Part shown: positions 47,935 to 59,630 of the stretch, piece by piece
Layout: every line of letters starts with the position of its first letter
Position numbering within the stretch: position 1 is the stretch's first letter
Origin: Lama glama
Lineage: Eukaryota
Direction: 5' to 3'
DNA length: 64,000 nucleotides
Assembly: GCA_028534125.1 (NCBI GenBank)
Contig: CM052850.1
Coordinates: 26,226,001-26,290,000 of the forward strand
Position numbers and translations under genes: made by a program
The notes under the pieces: generated by a model
What the model was told of the DNA's origin: nothing
The model's database searches: none
The model's input: only the letters and a program-made list of their open reading frames with translations

Positions 47935-50420
47935 AAATACACTTCTCTTCAGAGTTTCTGTTTCCTCTTGTGTCAGTTTTGGTAATTTGTGTCTTTCAAG
48001 CAGTGGCCCATTTTCTTTATGCGTCAGGTCTGTTGGCACGAGGTCGTCTGTAACGTCCCCGTGTCTGCTCTCACCGTCGCTCGGCTCTGTGGCCACGCCG
48101 CCTCTCAGTCCTGGTGCTAGGGTTGCTTCCCTTCTCTCTCCCTCTCTTTTCCCTTGAGGGCTTTTGCTAGGGGTTTGTCAGTTTTACTGATCTTTGTTTG
48201 CTTGGCTTTTTTGGTGGGGGTGAGCAGGTTTATTTATGTATTTGACGGAGCCCTGGGGACTGAACCCAGGACCGTGTGCATGCTGAGCACGGGCTCTGCC
48301 ACGAGCTGTGCCCTCCCCCCAATTTTATTCATCTTTGTAAAGAACTTCTTTTGTGTTTAAAATTTTTATCTGGTGCTTGTTCAGTCTCTGCTCCATTGGT
48401 TCCTGCTCTTTATTAATCCTTCCTTCTACTTGGAGCTGAGTTTGCTGTTCCTTTTCTGGGTTTTCAAAGTGGAAGCTTAGATCACTTACTAAAATATTCG
48501 TGTTTTCTAACCCAAGCATTCTGAGCTGTAATTTTCACTTTAAACTCTGCTTTCGCTGTAGCCCACACGTTTTGATGCCGTGTTTTCTTGTTACTTAGTT
48601 CAAAATACTTTCCAGTTCCCTTTGTGATTTGTTTTGCTCATGGGTTACGTAGAAGTTTTTTGTTTAATTTCTGAAAATTTGGAGTACTTTTACAAATATC
48701 TTAAAGTAATTGATTTCCAGTTGCGCTATGGTTAGAGAGAACGTTTTGTGTGAATACACTTTAATTTTTCGTTTTTATTGGGACATGTTTTATGGTGAAT
48801 AATCCATGTGCATTGGAAAAAAAAGTGTGTCCTCTGTCCGGTTGTGTGGAGAGCCCCGTGGACTTCGCGTGGGTCGTCTGGAGACAGCCTCTCATCTCTT
48901 GCTGGTTTCGGTCACTGAGAGAGGGGTGTCAGAGTCTCCAGCTGTGTGTGTGGGTTTCTCTCCCCTTAGTCTGTTAGTTTTTGCTTCACGGATCTCGTGT
49001 CTTCTAAGTGCACACTCACTTCTGATGATGTGTTGGAAATACCTGTTCTTTGTTTTCACTTCTGAGGGATTTTTTTCGCAGGATGCAGACTTCCGGCTCA
49101 CAGCTTGTGCTAACGCTTTGAAGGCAGCTCTGTGCCGCGATCTGGCGCGCCTCGCTCCGGTGAGGCGGCGGCCTCTCTCGGCCGTGCTCCCTGGGACGTG
49201 TCTGCCCCTCCGGCTGCTGGCTGAGGTGGTGCCCTCGGCTGTGGCTCCAGGATGCTCCTGCGCAGGGTGGTGGTGGTTGTAGTTTATGCGTCTTGGTTTT
49301 ATTGGTTTGTGGGTTGGTATTTTTCATCAGATTTAGGAGATTTTCAGTGATTATTTCTTCAAGTATTTTTTCCACTCCCCTTCTCTTCTCTCGTGGGACT
49401 TAGCTGATTTATGGATTGCACTGCCCTCGCCTCCCAGGCCACTGGGGGGGAGGTCTTTGTTCAGTTTTTTTAAGGTTTTTTTTTTTCTCTCTGTACTTAA
49501 ATTTGGGTCATCTTTATGGGTCTGTCTTCAAGCTTACAAATCATTTCTTCTTTGGTCTGGTTGGCTGTTGGAGTCATCCAGGGAATTTTTCACTTCAGAT
49601 TCTGTGTTTTTCGGTTCTGCGTTTTCTGTTATATACCCCACCCCGCCTCCTGTCCTGAGGTGACACTCATGTCTTTCTTTCGTTTTATCTCTTGCTTTGT
49701 AACTCAAGCATCCACGTGATTGCTGGGTCTGCTCTGTGGGCTGTTTTGCCCTTTTTTCCTCGCTATGTTTTCCTGCTTCTTTGCGTGTCTGGTAGTTTTC
49801 CGCTGCGTGCCGGGCCTTGTGAGCCCCACATTGTTGAGGGTCTGGCTCACACCATGTCCCTGGAAGAGTGCTCAGTTTCTTCCCGCAGAGTTAGCTTGCC
49901 AGCAGCCCGGCTTGCTCTGCCAGGGTTGGCTTGGGGCTCTGCCAGAGCAGGGTCCAAGCAGGCCTGGCCCTCAGGCTGGACTTGCCCTCCTCCTGAGATG
50001 TGTGGTTCTTGGCTGCTGGGTGCGGGCCCTCCACGCAGCTGTTGGGACTGCCCGGCCCCTCCTCTCTCTGCAGTCACCTCGTAGCCCTGGTGGCTCTCAT
50101 GGGGCCCTGCCCTGCACGCGTGGCTTACTCTTAAGGGACTCAGGGAACCGGGCCGGTCTCTGGGTCTTCTCTGCACCGCTCCCCCCATCCCAATGCTCTG
50201 AAGTTGCAGGCCCCTCGGCAGCCCCAGCTTCGACCTGCTCTCATCCCTGGTCAAGCCGCTGAGCACGCTGGGCTCTGCTGCCCTGTGCTGACTTGGGACG
50301 TGCTTTCAGGCAGGCAGCTGGGCTGGACGTGGGGCTGTCTGCTGCGCAACATCTCAAGACAGTTTCTGCGTACTTTGTCCTGTTCGGTGACAGTTTAGAG
50401 CAGGGGGCTCAGCCCACACC
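47935..50420 (-). mobile_element. Large decayed L1 (5'UTR, ORF1 and part of ORF2), internally deleted
   Basis: Minus-strand peptides EKILEEIITENLLNLMKNTNPQ (ORF1p motif, to 49375) and SDLSFHFENPEKEQQTQ (ORF2 NNLSFHLKKLEKEEQ-like, ~48480); T-rich plus strand. The right boundary is uncertain. Confidence 0.85.
48196..48319 (-). mobile_element. Second tRNA-derived SINE, nested in the L1
   Basis: ctggggactgaacccaggaccgtgtgcatgctgagcacgggctctgccacgagctgtgccctcccc; degenerate TSD cagttttactgatcttt (48179-48195) / caattttattcatcttt (48320-48336). Confidence 0.85.
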
Positions 50421-50934
50421 CGCTGACCGCAGAGGGAAGCAGAAACCCACTCCCTGCTTCGGCAGCCTCCTGCCTTCCATTCATGGTGCCCTCCTGGCGA
50501 CACCCCGGTCCCACCCCAGCCATCCTCCTTCCCCAGGACCCTGTTCAGATGCCGCACTGTCAGCAACACCCTCCCTGAGCCCTCGGCGCAGAGGCGTCCC
50601 CGCACTGAGCCCGCCACGTTCCCACGGGCCTCGTAGTTGGCTGTTTGCACACCTCCCTCTGGACAGTGAGCAGCTCGAAGGCCAGGGTCTCTGTCCTGCG
50701 CTCTGTAAAACCCTTTGTGGAGTCTGCACATCATGGCGTCAGCACACGTGGGTTTTTGAACTGTTGCTGAAGCAGAGGGTTCTCTTCCTGCTCCGCTGTG
50801 GACCCCCAGCTGGGCTGGAGCGGAAGTGGACGTGGAAGTGGACAAGCCTGGGGACGAGAACCCTCGACTGTAAGAGAACCCCTTCATTTTTTACATGAGG
50901 AAATGGCCCAGGGAACTCTGTGACGTAGTTCACT

Positions 50935-51450
50935 TATGGCACTCATTTATTCATCTTTTGACAAAAACCATCAAATGTCAGCTCTGTGAAGCCCTGGGGC
51001 TGGAGAGGAGATGCCGTGTCCTTGGAAAGCTCTGAGACTGGGGCGGGGGGGGGGGGTGGAAGACATCAGTGGTGTCCAGCGGGGGCCCTGCGAGGTACAA
51101 GCGTGAATTGCGTGGGCAGAAGAAATTCAAGAAGAAGGGAGGCAGAGCTCAGCTGTGAAGCCCTCGAGGGAGAGAGGACAGAGCAGGTGGAGGGGCCCTA
51201 GAGCGTGGTGTCCAGGTGCCCTTGGGGGCTGGCCGAGGATTTGGGGTGAAGGCCTTGGGTGCCAGAAGGAGGAGGGCGGACGTGGTCTGGAGGGCTGTGA
51301 GGGGCTCTGGAGAGCTTTCAGCAGCGTGGTCAGAGCTGGGTGCCACTGCGGCCTCTGTGGGCTGGAAGAGAGAGGATGTAGGAGGCTCTGGGGGCGCCTA
51401 GCAGTGAGGGTGGAGGGCCAAGGGGGCAGCGGGGAAGGGGTGGGCTCGGG
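50935..51450 (-). mobile_element. L2 LINE 3' fragment
   Basis: Begins cactcatttattcatc; later ggccttgggtgccagaaggagg...gagggctgtgaggggctctggagagctttcagcagcgtggtcag. Confidence 0.5.
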
Positions 51451-52369
51451 GACCTGGAGAGGCAGGGAGGTAGGTCCACTCACCCAGTGCCACCTCGCTG
51501 GCCCCACGCTGAGACGCAGGCCAGAGGGCACAGAGGAAAATAGGACTTCCCAACTTCTCCTCCAGTGTGTGCCCGCGTGTGCACACTCACACGTGCGCCT
51601 GCACCGTGTGCACATGCTCACTCTGAGTTCAGGTGGAGGAGAGTTGTCGGGGGTGGCCTGGTCCCCAAGTCTCAGCAGTGCAGGGGGAGTGGCAGGGGGA
51701 GGTGGGCACCCCCCGTCAGGTGTGGCCCCACACACATTTCGGGGCAGCTCTCCTGCATGGAGCCTGCAGGATGCCCCATGGTGAAGGCGCCAGGGCACCT
51801 AAGACTGGGCCGGCCCCGCAGGAAGGCTGGTGAGAATGTGGGTCTCACACCTACGCCCTGCCCTGTGCTTGCGGGAAGCAGAAAACAGCTGTTTGGATGG
51901 TGTCTCTCTGTCTTTGGGGACAGGAGCCGAGCGGCTTGTCCATAAGGGAGGGGCGGGAAGAGCCAACACGCCCCCTCGACACATCCCTGGTCCCAGGGTG
52001 GCCGCCCTCTTGGGGTGCTGAGGGTGCCTCCTCCATGTTCTCCTCCAGGTCCTGCCCCTCCCTCCCCCCAAGTTCTTTCCCTCGCTCCCCCACCTTCTGG
52101 TCTCTCCTCTCTCCCTCCCTTCAGATCCCTCCTCCTCCTGCAGCAACAAAGAAGTCAACCGTCAGCCACCCCCCATCCCACCCAGGCGCTCCCTCCAGGA
52201 GCCTGGATGCACAGACCTGTTCATTAACTTGCCCGTCTCCCACCCCTCCTTCCTCATTCCCTGTCTTTTTCTGTCCTCCTCCCCATTCCTTCTCTCATTC
52301 CATCTCTCTCTCTGCCTCCCCTCATCCCCCACCGCCTCCCCCATGAAAGGCGAGAGCAGTGGAACCCAA

Positions 52370-52545
52370 TATCTTCTCTTGGTGATAATTATTGAAAAGT
52401 TCAGGGCAGAGACACTGTGAGGAGGAGGAAGGGGAGAACATTAAAATGCATGTGCACAGCTTGGCTTTGCAGCAGATGTTGGCATAATTAGAGAGGAAAA
52501 AATTATGAAATTAATTTGTGGTTCAATGTAAATTTCAGCGATGGG
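52370..52545. promoter_or_regulatory. AT-rich homeodomain-site cluster, candidate conserved enhancer
   Basis: TAATTA at 52386-52391 and 52485-52490, AATTATGAAATTAATT from 52501, CAGATG 52473, TGTGGTT 52517, ATGTAAAT 52526; not repeat-like. Confidence 0.55.
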
Positions 52546-52582
52546 GAAAGCTGGGCCCCAGTCACCTCATGTGCATGGAGAG

Positions 52583-52595
52583 ACGCACGCATGCG

Positions 52596-52638
<43 letters not shown>

Positions 52639-52655
52639 GCATGCACGCGCGTGCA
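52583..52655. repeat. (CG)n(CA)n compound alternating purine-pyrimidine tract, Z-DNA prone
   Basis: 73 bp of uninterrupted R/Y alternation. Confidence 0.9.
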
Positions 52656-55129
52656 GCGCAGCCCAGCTGCCAGGGAAGCGGTAATTGTCAGAACCCATCC
52701 AGGGGGAGAGACTGGCATGGCAACTAGGGAGGGGGCCGGAGGTGGGATTCATCCTCTTAAAGGCACAGGAGCTCATCCCTCGATGGGCAGGAGGACGCCC
52801 CTCCCCCACGGATGAAGCAGGAACTTGGGGGGGGCGATCTGATCTGCTGGTCAGGGTCTGAGCTCACACTCCCCAGCATCACAACAGCCCAAGGAGGACA
52901 CTGTGGCCCTCAGCTCATGATGGATACCCCTCACCCTGTGGGTGCCCCTGCTGCCCGCTGTGCAGCTGGTCTTCCAACTGTGGGGTGAGGGCGGCACAGT
53001 CAGCAGAGCAGAAGAGAGACGGACCCTGCTGGGGACAGGGCAGGCTCTAGGGAAGGCAGCAGTTCGGCTGGTCCTGAGGGTCCAGTCAGGCAGGGCCAGG
53101 GGCCTGGCGAGCAAAGGCAGGGACGCCAGCTGAGGCCTTCTTGGGTGGCACTGGGGAGCCACGGAGAGTTTCTGAGCAGGGGAGGGCCGTGAGCAGGCGT
53201 GCAGCCTCTCCAGCTTAGCCGCCCAGTGCTTCTCTCCTTTACTCTCTGCCCTGCCACCTCCCTGGTTCCCTCCTACTTGTTAGCTCATCTCTGGGACCTC
53301 CGGCACTGGGCAGCTGCCTCCTTGCACGGAGACAGGTGTCCAGGCGGCAGGTGGAGGGGGCAGAGACCCATCCCCCACTGGATGGCAGCCAGCACGGGCA
53401 GACTGGCCCCCCTGCCGCCAGGCCAGGCCTCTTTCCCACACCTGTGCCACGCGGGACTGGCTGAGGGGACCTCTGGGCTGCAGTCTCCCCGTCTGCCCAG
53501 GGAGAGCTGGGCAGGGGCTTTCCGTCTGCGCCCTGGGTGCCCCAGGCTACATTACAAGAGGACGGGGCCCTGGACCCATCTGCCCTCCCGCTGGCTGACC
53601 CCAGGGCCTCCCTTACAGCTTGCAAATAATGACAAATTATTTGTAAATGCAAAACCTGCTGCCCTCAGTGCATCCCCCGTGCTGACGAAGCACCACAGCC
53701 CAACTTGGGGGCTCCAACCAAAGCCTCAGGCCCCCAGGTCCTCTGCCCCACCTCCTGTGGGCACTGAGCTGGGTCATTTCTAGCATACCCCTTCCAGGTG
53801 CTCTGGGAGGTTTCTGGGTCATCTGTGCCCTTTGCCCCTCATGAGCCATTCCTGCTAGCAGCGCACTTCAACCGGGTGCCTCTGCCGCCCGTGCAGTGGC
53901 CTGGGCCCTTCTGGCCCCTGTGTTCTCCAGGCAAGCCCTCCTCCAGGAAGCCCTCCATGACCACCTTCTGTAGGTGTTGTCAGCAATGTGTGCCCCTCCC
54001 TCAGAGCCACAAGCCGCTTCAAGTGCCACAAGGTGCGCTGCAGGCCCAGCGTGCCTGCCCACCGGCTCCTGGGCGCGCTCCGTCCTCCTGGGACCTGTGT
54101 CCACACGTCTTGTTTCACTACCGACATCACTGACTCTCCTTTGGCCCTTCCAGGACCTGAGGAGAAGGTGGGCCTTCTCAGGACTCAGGCACTGGTGCTG
54201 GTGGGGTACTGGTCCACAGCATTTGAGCTGCAGTTCTGCGGGGCGTCCAGCAGTGGCTCTGGCCCAGTCCCATGGGTGGCCACTGGTCACAGAGCTGCCC
54301 GGTGGCAGCTTTGTCATGGCACAGGGCAGGGGTCAACATGGCCCCAGGAAGCCCCAGCCCCAGGTGGTGCAGAGGAGACAGCTGGGTAGTTGGGCGGCCC
54401 CATGGTTTGTCCCGGGCCACCAGTACCAGAGCCAACGTTCTCTCCCACATCCGTGTGGACCCAGCACCCCCGTGTCTGTTGCCTCCGCCTCTCCTGAGAC
54501 CCGCTGGTGACTGGTCCTGCCTGGGCTCCGGGCTCAGATCCCTGGAGCCAGGCTGGGCTCTGGCCCTCTCCAAGGTGCTGAACGACCCAGACGCGCTCTC
54601 ATGCCTGGACAGCAGGTCAGTGCAAGGTGGATGCCACTTCCATCTTCTCGCAGGTTGAGGACAGAAAGGCAAGCAGACCACCCCGTGCCCCAGCCCAGGA
54701 CAGAGCTGTGTGCCCTGGGCGGCCCGTGTCATCTCTTTGAGCCTCAGTCTCTGCTGCCTCTGCTCCCCACTCAGATGCCGGGCGGAGGAGAGCTGGGCCC
54801 AGGTGGAGGGTGACCCCGGGTCTCCCTACAGTCCTGGGCAGGGGAGCAGCTCTCATGCTCTGATTCTGTTTCTTTGTTCCAGCCTCTAAGCTTACTTCCT
54901 TGTTCATAAGGTAAACAAGTAGCAGCCAGAGGGAGGCTGAGGCTTGGTGGGAAACGCCTGCGTCCACATCAGGTGGGGTCCTGTAACCTGTGTGTAAACG
55001 GCCCGCCATGCAGGGAGGGGCCTGGGCTGTGGCAGCCGCGGGCTGTACTCCCATCCAGCGCGTCTGTGTAGCGTGTGGACACGCATGTTCTGGGGTTATT
55101 CCCAGCGCGCCCCTCCCCCGCTCCACCCC

Positions 55130-55295
55130 CAGCTCATTTAGGCTCCCCCATTATTCTGACATTTGTGCGCGTCACGTACCGGCAAGAAGTAATTTACTTA
55201 GAAGAAATTAAAAGTTCATTTTAATTGAGCGCACACTGCAGTATGCAAATGAACACATTATGCACCCAAAGCAGAAGCAGAATCAGCGCTTAACC
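55130..55295. promoter_or_regulatory. Octamer/homeodomain island, candidate enhancer
   Basis: ATGCAAAT 55243-55250, TTAATTG 55221-55227, further TAAT/ATTA cores; AT-rich within a GC-rich background. Confidence 0.55.
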
Positions 55296-58200
55296 CTCGG
55301 CGTGCCGGGCTCCTCTGCTCAGGGCGGTGTGGTCCTGGCCTTTCCGAGGTCTCCCTGTCCTCAGAGAGGGGCCGTCCACGCTGCGGGGGGTGCCTCCCTC
55401 CTGAGCCTTCTGTGAACTTTCTCCAGATGTAACAGCCACGTGAGCACCGGCCCCTGGGGAGGGACCCAGGCTCTGAGCCCAGCTGGGCACAGCCAGGCCC
55501 CGGGCTGTCTGTGGGACCCGCCTCGCCCAGGCTCCCAGAGGCCTGAAATCGGGCTGAGCTCAGCGGCAGGCTGTCCCTGAGTCCTGACACCCCTATCACA
55601 CTGCAGGAGGGCCCCAGGGTGGTGGAAGATGTCCAACTGCCCAGATCTCTGACCGAAGCTGGTGTCCACTTCACTGCAGCCCAGGGCATGGCCAGATTAG
55701 GCGAGAACAGAACCCCAGGGGGACCTGCAGGGCCAGTCCCACTTCACAGGCCCTTCCACGTGCCCAGGCCGGGCGCATCCAGCCACCTACTGCCAATTAC
55801 GGTTGTGGCCCAAGAGGTCCAGAAGGGAGGCTTGTGCGAGTGACGGAGAAATCTCGAAGAACAGGGCTGGTGTCCTTCCTCGTGGCCTGCCTGAGTGCCC
55901 ACAGGGCCGTGTCACCTGGTTGAGCACCAGGGCCTCCTCTGGAAGGAGAGACATGTTGGCTTCTTCCAGGGCCCTGGGGACCCCCATGGGCGCATCTTCC
56001 CCTCCCAGAAGGGCAGGGAGGCCTCGGGTCTCAAGGATGGCAGCCTGGTTTCCGGCCAGAGGCCTCTTCCAGGATGCCCAGTGGAGGTGGGAGGCGATGT
56101 CAGTCCCGACGTGTGGCCATAGCATGTGGCACCTCTTGTGTCTGCTTTCCCTTTCTGTCCACAGAGCAGTGCTGGGCCACCTGCCATAGTGTCCGCTGTC
56201 CCACACACTGTGCAGCTGCAGCCCAGGGCCAGTCTCCCTGCCTGGGTTCTCAAGCCTTCTTCTTCCATCCCTTCCCTCTGCCTCTGTCTCTGGGCGTTCT
56301 GCTTTGCTGATGGCAGGTCAACACCTGTCCAGCCCAGCAGCTGCCCCCAGAGCAGTGGGAACAGTGCGGACTCCCCACCCCGGCCCCTCTGACAGGGAGT
56401 GGGGCTCCCACTGGAGGCGTGGGTGGCCCCTGGGCTGTTGTTTTGATGTGGGATTTTCCCTACCTGTCAGACCTGGGACTTTTAGTGACGGAGCAGACGA
56501 AGCTGGCTGGCAGATGTGAGCTGACAGCAGCTGCAGGAGGCAGACAAAGGGCCATCCTGATTCACGAGATAAGCCTGTCCCCTCCGCGCATCCAGCCACT
56601 GCCCCTCCACATGCTCAGGGCTCTGTGCTCCACAGCGACAGCACGTCACCTCCAACGTGGCTCTGCCCTCGAGGCCACTGCTGCTCCATCTCATGGGCTC
56701 CCTGAGGGAAGGGGTGCAGGAGGGTCTCTCGGACCCTGGTGGGGCAGTGACCCCAGAAGGACCTCAGCAGTCGGGCAGTGGGACCCTGTCAGCCCAAGGG
56801 TTCCCTGTGAGGCCCGCCAGGACCACCCTGAGGGGCCCCGGGGCCACTCCCTGGGGTCCTAAGACAGCCGAGCCCTCCGCCCTCAGCCCTGGGCTTCTCA
56901 TCATCACCGCTTGCTGGTGACCTTGGGTCTGGGTGAGTCGGGTTCAGCCCCAGGCCTTTGTCCCTCCCCTCTGCCTCTGGGTGCAGCAGTGACTGCAGTC
57001 CCGTGGAATTCCCTGGAGCGACTGCCTTCCAGCCCCAGGGTGGAAGGGTGGCAGACCCCTCTGTAGCAGCCAGGCTCCTGGCTGTGCCCCCCGAGTTCTC
57101 CAGGGCCCCAGAATCTCCCAGTGGGTGACCCAGAGGGTCTGAGCATGCAGGCGGGCCCAGCCGCTCGCACTGGGCTCGGGCAGGTTCCCGAGCCCCGCTG
57201 TACCTGTTTCTCCCACCCCCAGGCACACGTCTGGGCAGCTTGGCTGAGAGGAGAAAGGGCCTCACGGTGACTGTGCCCCTTTCTCCATGGGACCACCCCC
57301 AGCAGAGGGTCCATGTCGAGGGGCCAGCCTGGGAGCCTGGCCAGATTGGGGGATGGAGGGCTGGTCCAGGCCCAGACCCCTGCGCTGCTCTGGGGTGCGT
57401 GTCCCTGCAGTGTTGCTGTCCCCTCCTCCTACTGTGGCCTGCAGCTCTGGTTCGGGACGGCTTCACGTCCTTGGCCCTGCTGCTCCTTCCTGCCCGCAGC
57501 TCCCCAGCCTGCTGGTGCACGAGTGGGCTTTTGCAGAGGGCTGACTCCCACGCCCCCATGTCCCCTTCCTGAGCTGGGCCGCATGCTGTGTCCTTGGGCC
57601 CCCGAGCTGGGAGGTGGCGTCCCTGTGTCCCTTGTTGTGGCTGTTGCTCTCTGCAGGTCTCAGCACCGCCAGCTTCAGGTGTAACACGTGTCCTCACGTT
57701 ACTGGGCGTGTGCCGTGCGCCCCAAGGCCCAAGTTCTTGATCACAGTGCGCCGCTGAGTGGGGACGGAGCAGCGTGTGGCTGGGGAGGCTCCCAGGGCAG
57801 AGGCCGGGCAGCCCTTGCCTCTGGGGATGGGGGCCAGCCTCCCGGGCAGCAGCCCTGGAAGCGCCCCACTCACCTGCTGCTGCAGGTCTGGCAGCTGCGA
57901 GGGAGCTTGGTGGGAGCAGGACGGACATTCGTGGGTCTGCGGCCCAGGTCCTCTCTGTGTTGGCAGCCACACAGCTACCGGTGACCCGCGTAGGGGCGGG
58001 GATTCACCCTGAGAGGGGCATCTTAGAGGCCGCGGACTGCAGGTGGCAAATAGCTGGCGGCCAGCGGCCTCCTGGAACTCCCGCGGGTTGTGGGAGAGGC
58101 ATTGCAGTTGTTTAGTGATGTCTGCCCCAGCTCAGACGGGGCCAGGCCCCTGGTGATGCCAGCGGAGAAACTGAGTCTCGCAGGAGGGGTGTGGCCGGCC

Positions 58201-59454
58201 TGGCCTGAGCTCTCCCTGAAGATGCCGCCCCCACCTCGATGACCAGCCCTCTGCCTGGCCTCCCACGTCTTGAGAGCTACAGGGCGCCCCCAACGGCTGC
58301 CCCCAAGTGCCCCACCTGCCCACTTCCTGACACGGGCACCCTGCCTCCATCCCGAGGGTGACGAGATCCTGCGTGACCACCGTGGTTTGGGTGGTGTCCA
58401 CGCACTTTACAAAACGCTGTGTCCCCTGCGGGCAGCCTGGGCTCCTGGTTGCCATCGGCGCATGACCGTGGGTCACTCTTGTCCCCTCACAGTGTGGTGC
58501 CAACTGGTTGGCGTCTACAGCTCTCTGGTCCCCACCAGACCTGGAGGATGTGTCCACGTGTCTCTGCCACGGGGAACCCGGGAGGCGAATCACCCCTTAA
58601 GCATCATCTCCGGGGAAACCACAGCAGAGGGTCTGAGTGGGAGTCATGACCGTAGCTCGGGGCAGCGTTGCCTGAAGACACCAGGGTCATAGCTGTCATT
58701 CTCTGCAAGCTGGATGGGCTCAGCGTGGCTGGGTCCAGGGCACACGCGCTGCTCCGTCCGTTGTCGGGGACCCTCACGTCCCTCTGTTCCTGAGAACTCA
58801 CAAGTCCCCATCCTGTGAGAGCAAAGAGCCCAGCTCTCTGAACGTGCCCCGCCCCAGGCCCTTCCTCGCACCAGCTCCGCCACTCGAGATGCCTTGTCTT
58901 CCCACGAAAATCCTCTCCTTCAGGGCCCTGGGCAAATGCCACCTCCTCCTGGAAGCCCATCGTCCCCTCTGAAGTCAGCGGGCTCTCTGCAGAGTCCCGC
59001 CCCTCTGTGAGCACACGGTTCAAGCCTTTCACTCAGGCGCAGGGGGAGCAGGCACGGCCCCACCATGGCCCCCAGCCCTGGGCCGACCTGGGTGCCTGGG
59101 TGTTCGGTGCTGAGGAGGCTGTGGGGTAAATCGATAGGTGAAGATGACGGAGTGGCTGCGGGGGCGCAGGGTCTCTGGCTTCTGAAAACCACGGTGAGGG
59201 GCGGTGAGGAGGGGCACTGGGGTCATCAGGTCCCCAGGACACCAGTTTCTGTGTCTAGCTCTTGAGGTGCCCTGCGTGGGCTCTGCCGAGAGACGAAGCT
59301 GTATCAGCCGTGCAGGGGCCCCCAGGGTGGGACGCGGTGGGAGGCCTGGGTGAGGCGGGCCTTTGAGGGGCTGGCTGCGCCCCACGCGTGCCTCTCCCCA
59401 AGACACCAGAGAGCAAGCAGGAAAGAGTTAAGTCCTCTGTGAGGGACTGGGAGA

Positions 59455-59630
59455 GGGAAGTGGTAAACAGTTTTTCTCTCCCTGGGCTAAATTAATATGC
59501 AAATTCCTCAGCCCCCTCCACTCCCTTCCCCTGCCTCGAAATCAGCGAGGTAGAATGCTCCGGCTAATTATGCATTCAAACGAGCGGGCTGCTGCTCGGC
59601 TGGGAGGGTGCTGAACTGATTGTGAGAACA
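59455..59630. promoter_or_regulatory. POU/forkhead island, candidate enhancer
   Basis: GTAAACA 59463-59469, TAAATTAAT-ATGCAAAT 59488-59504, TAATTATGCAT 59565-59575. Confidence 0.6.

Noticed and set aside
56789-57970. Longest ORF in the track (393 aa, minus)
   Set aside because: No recognisable domain, GC-driven composition, no supporting exon or promoter structure.
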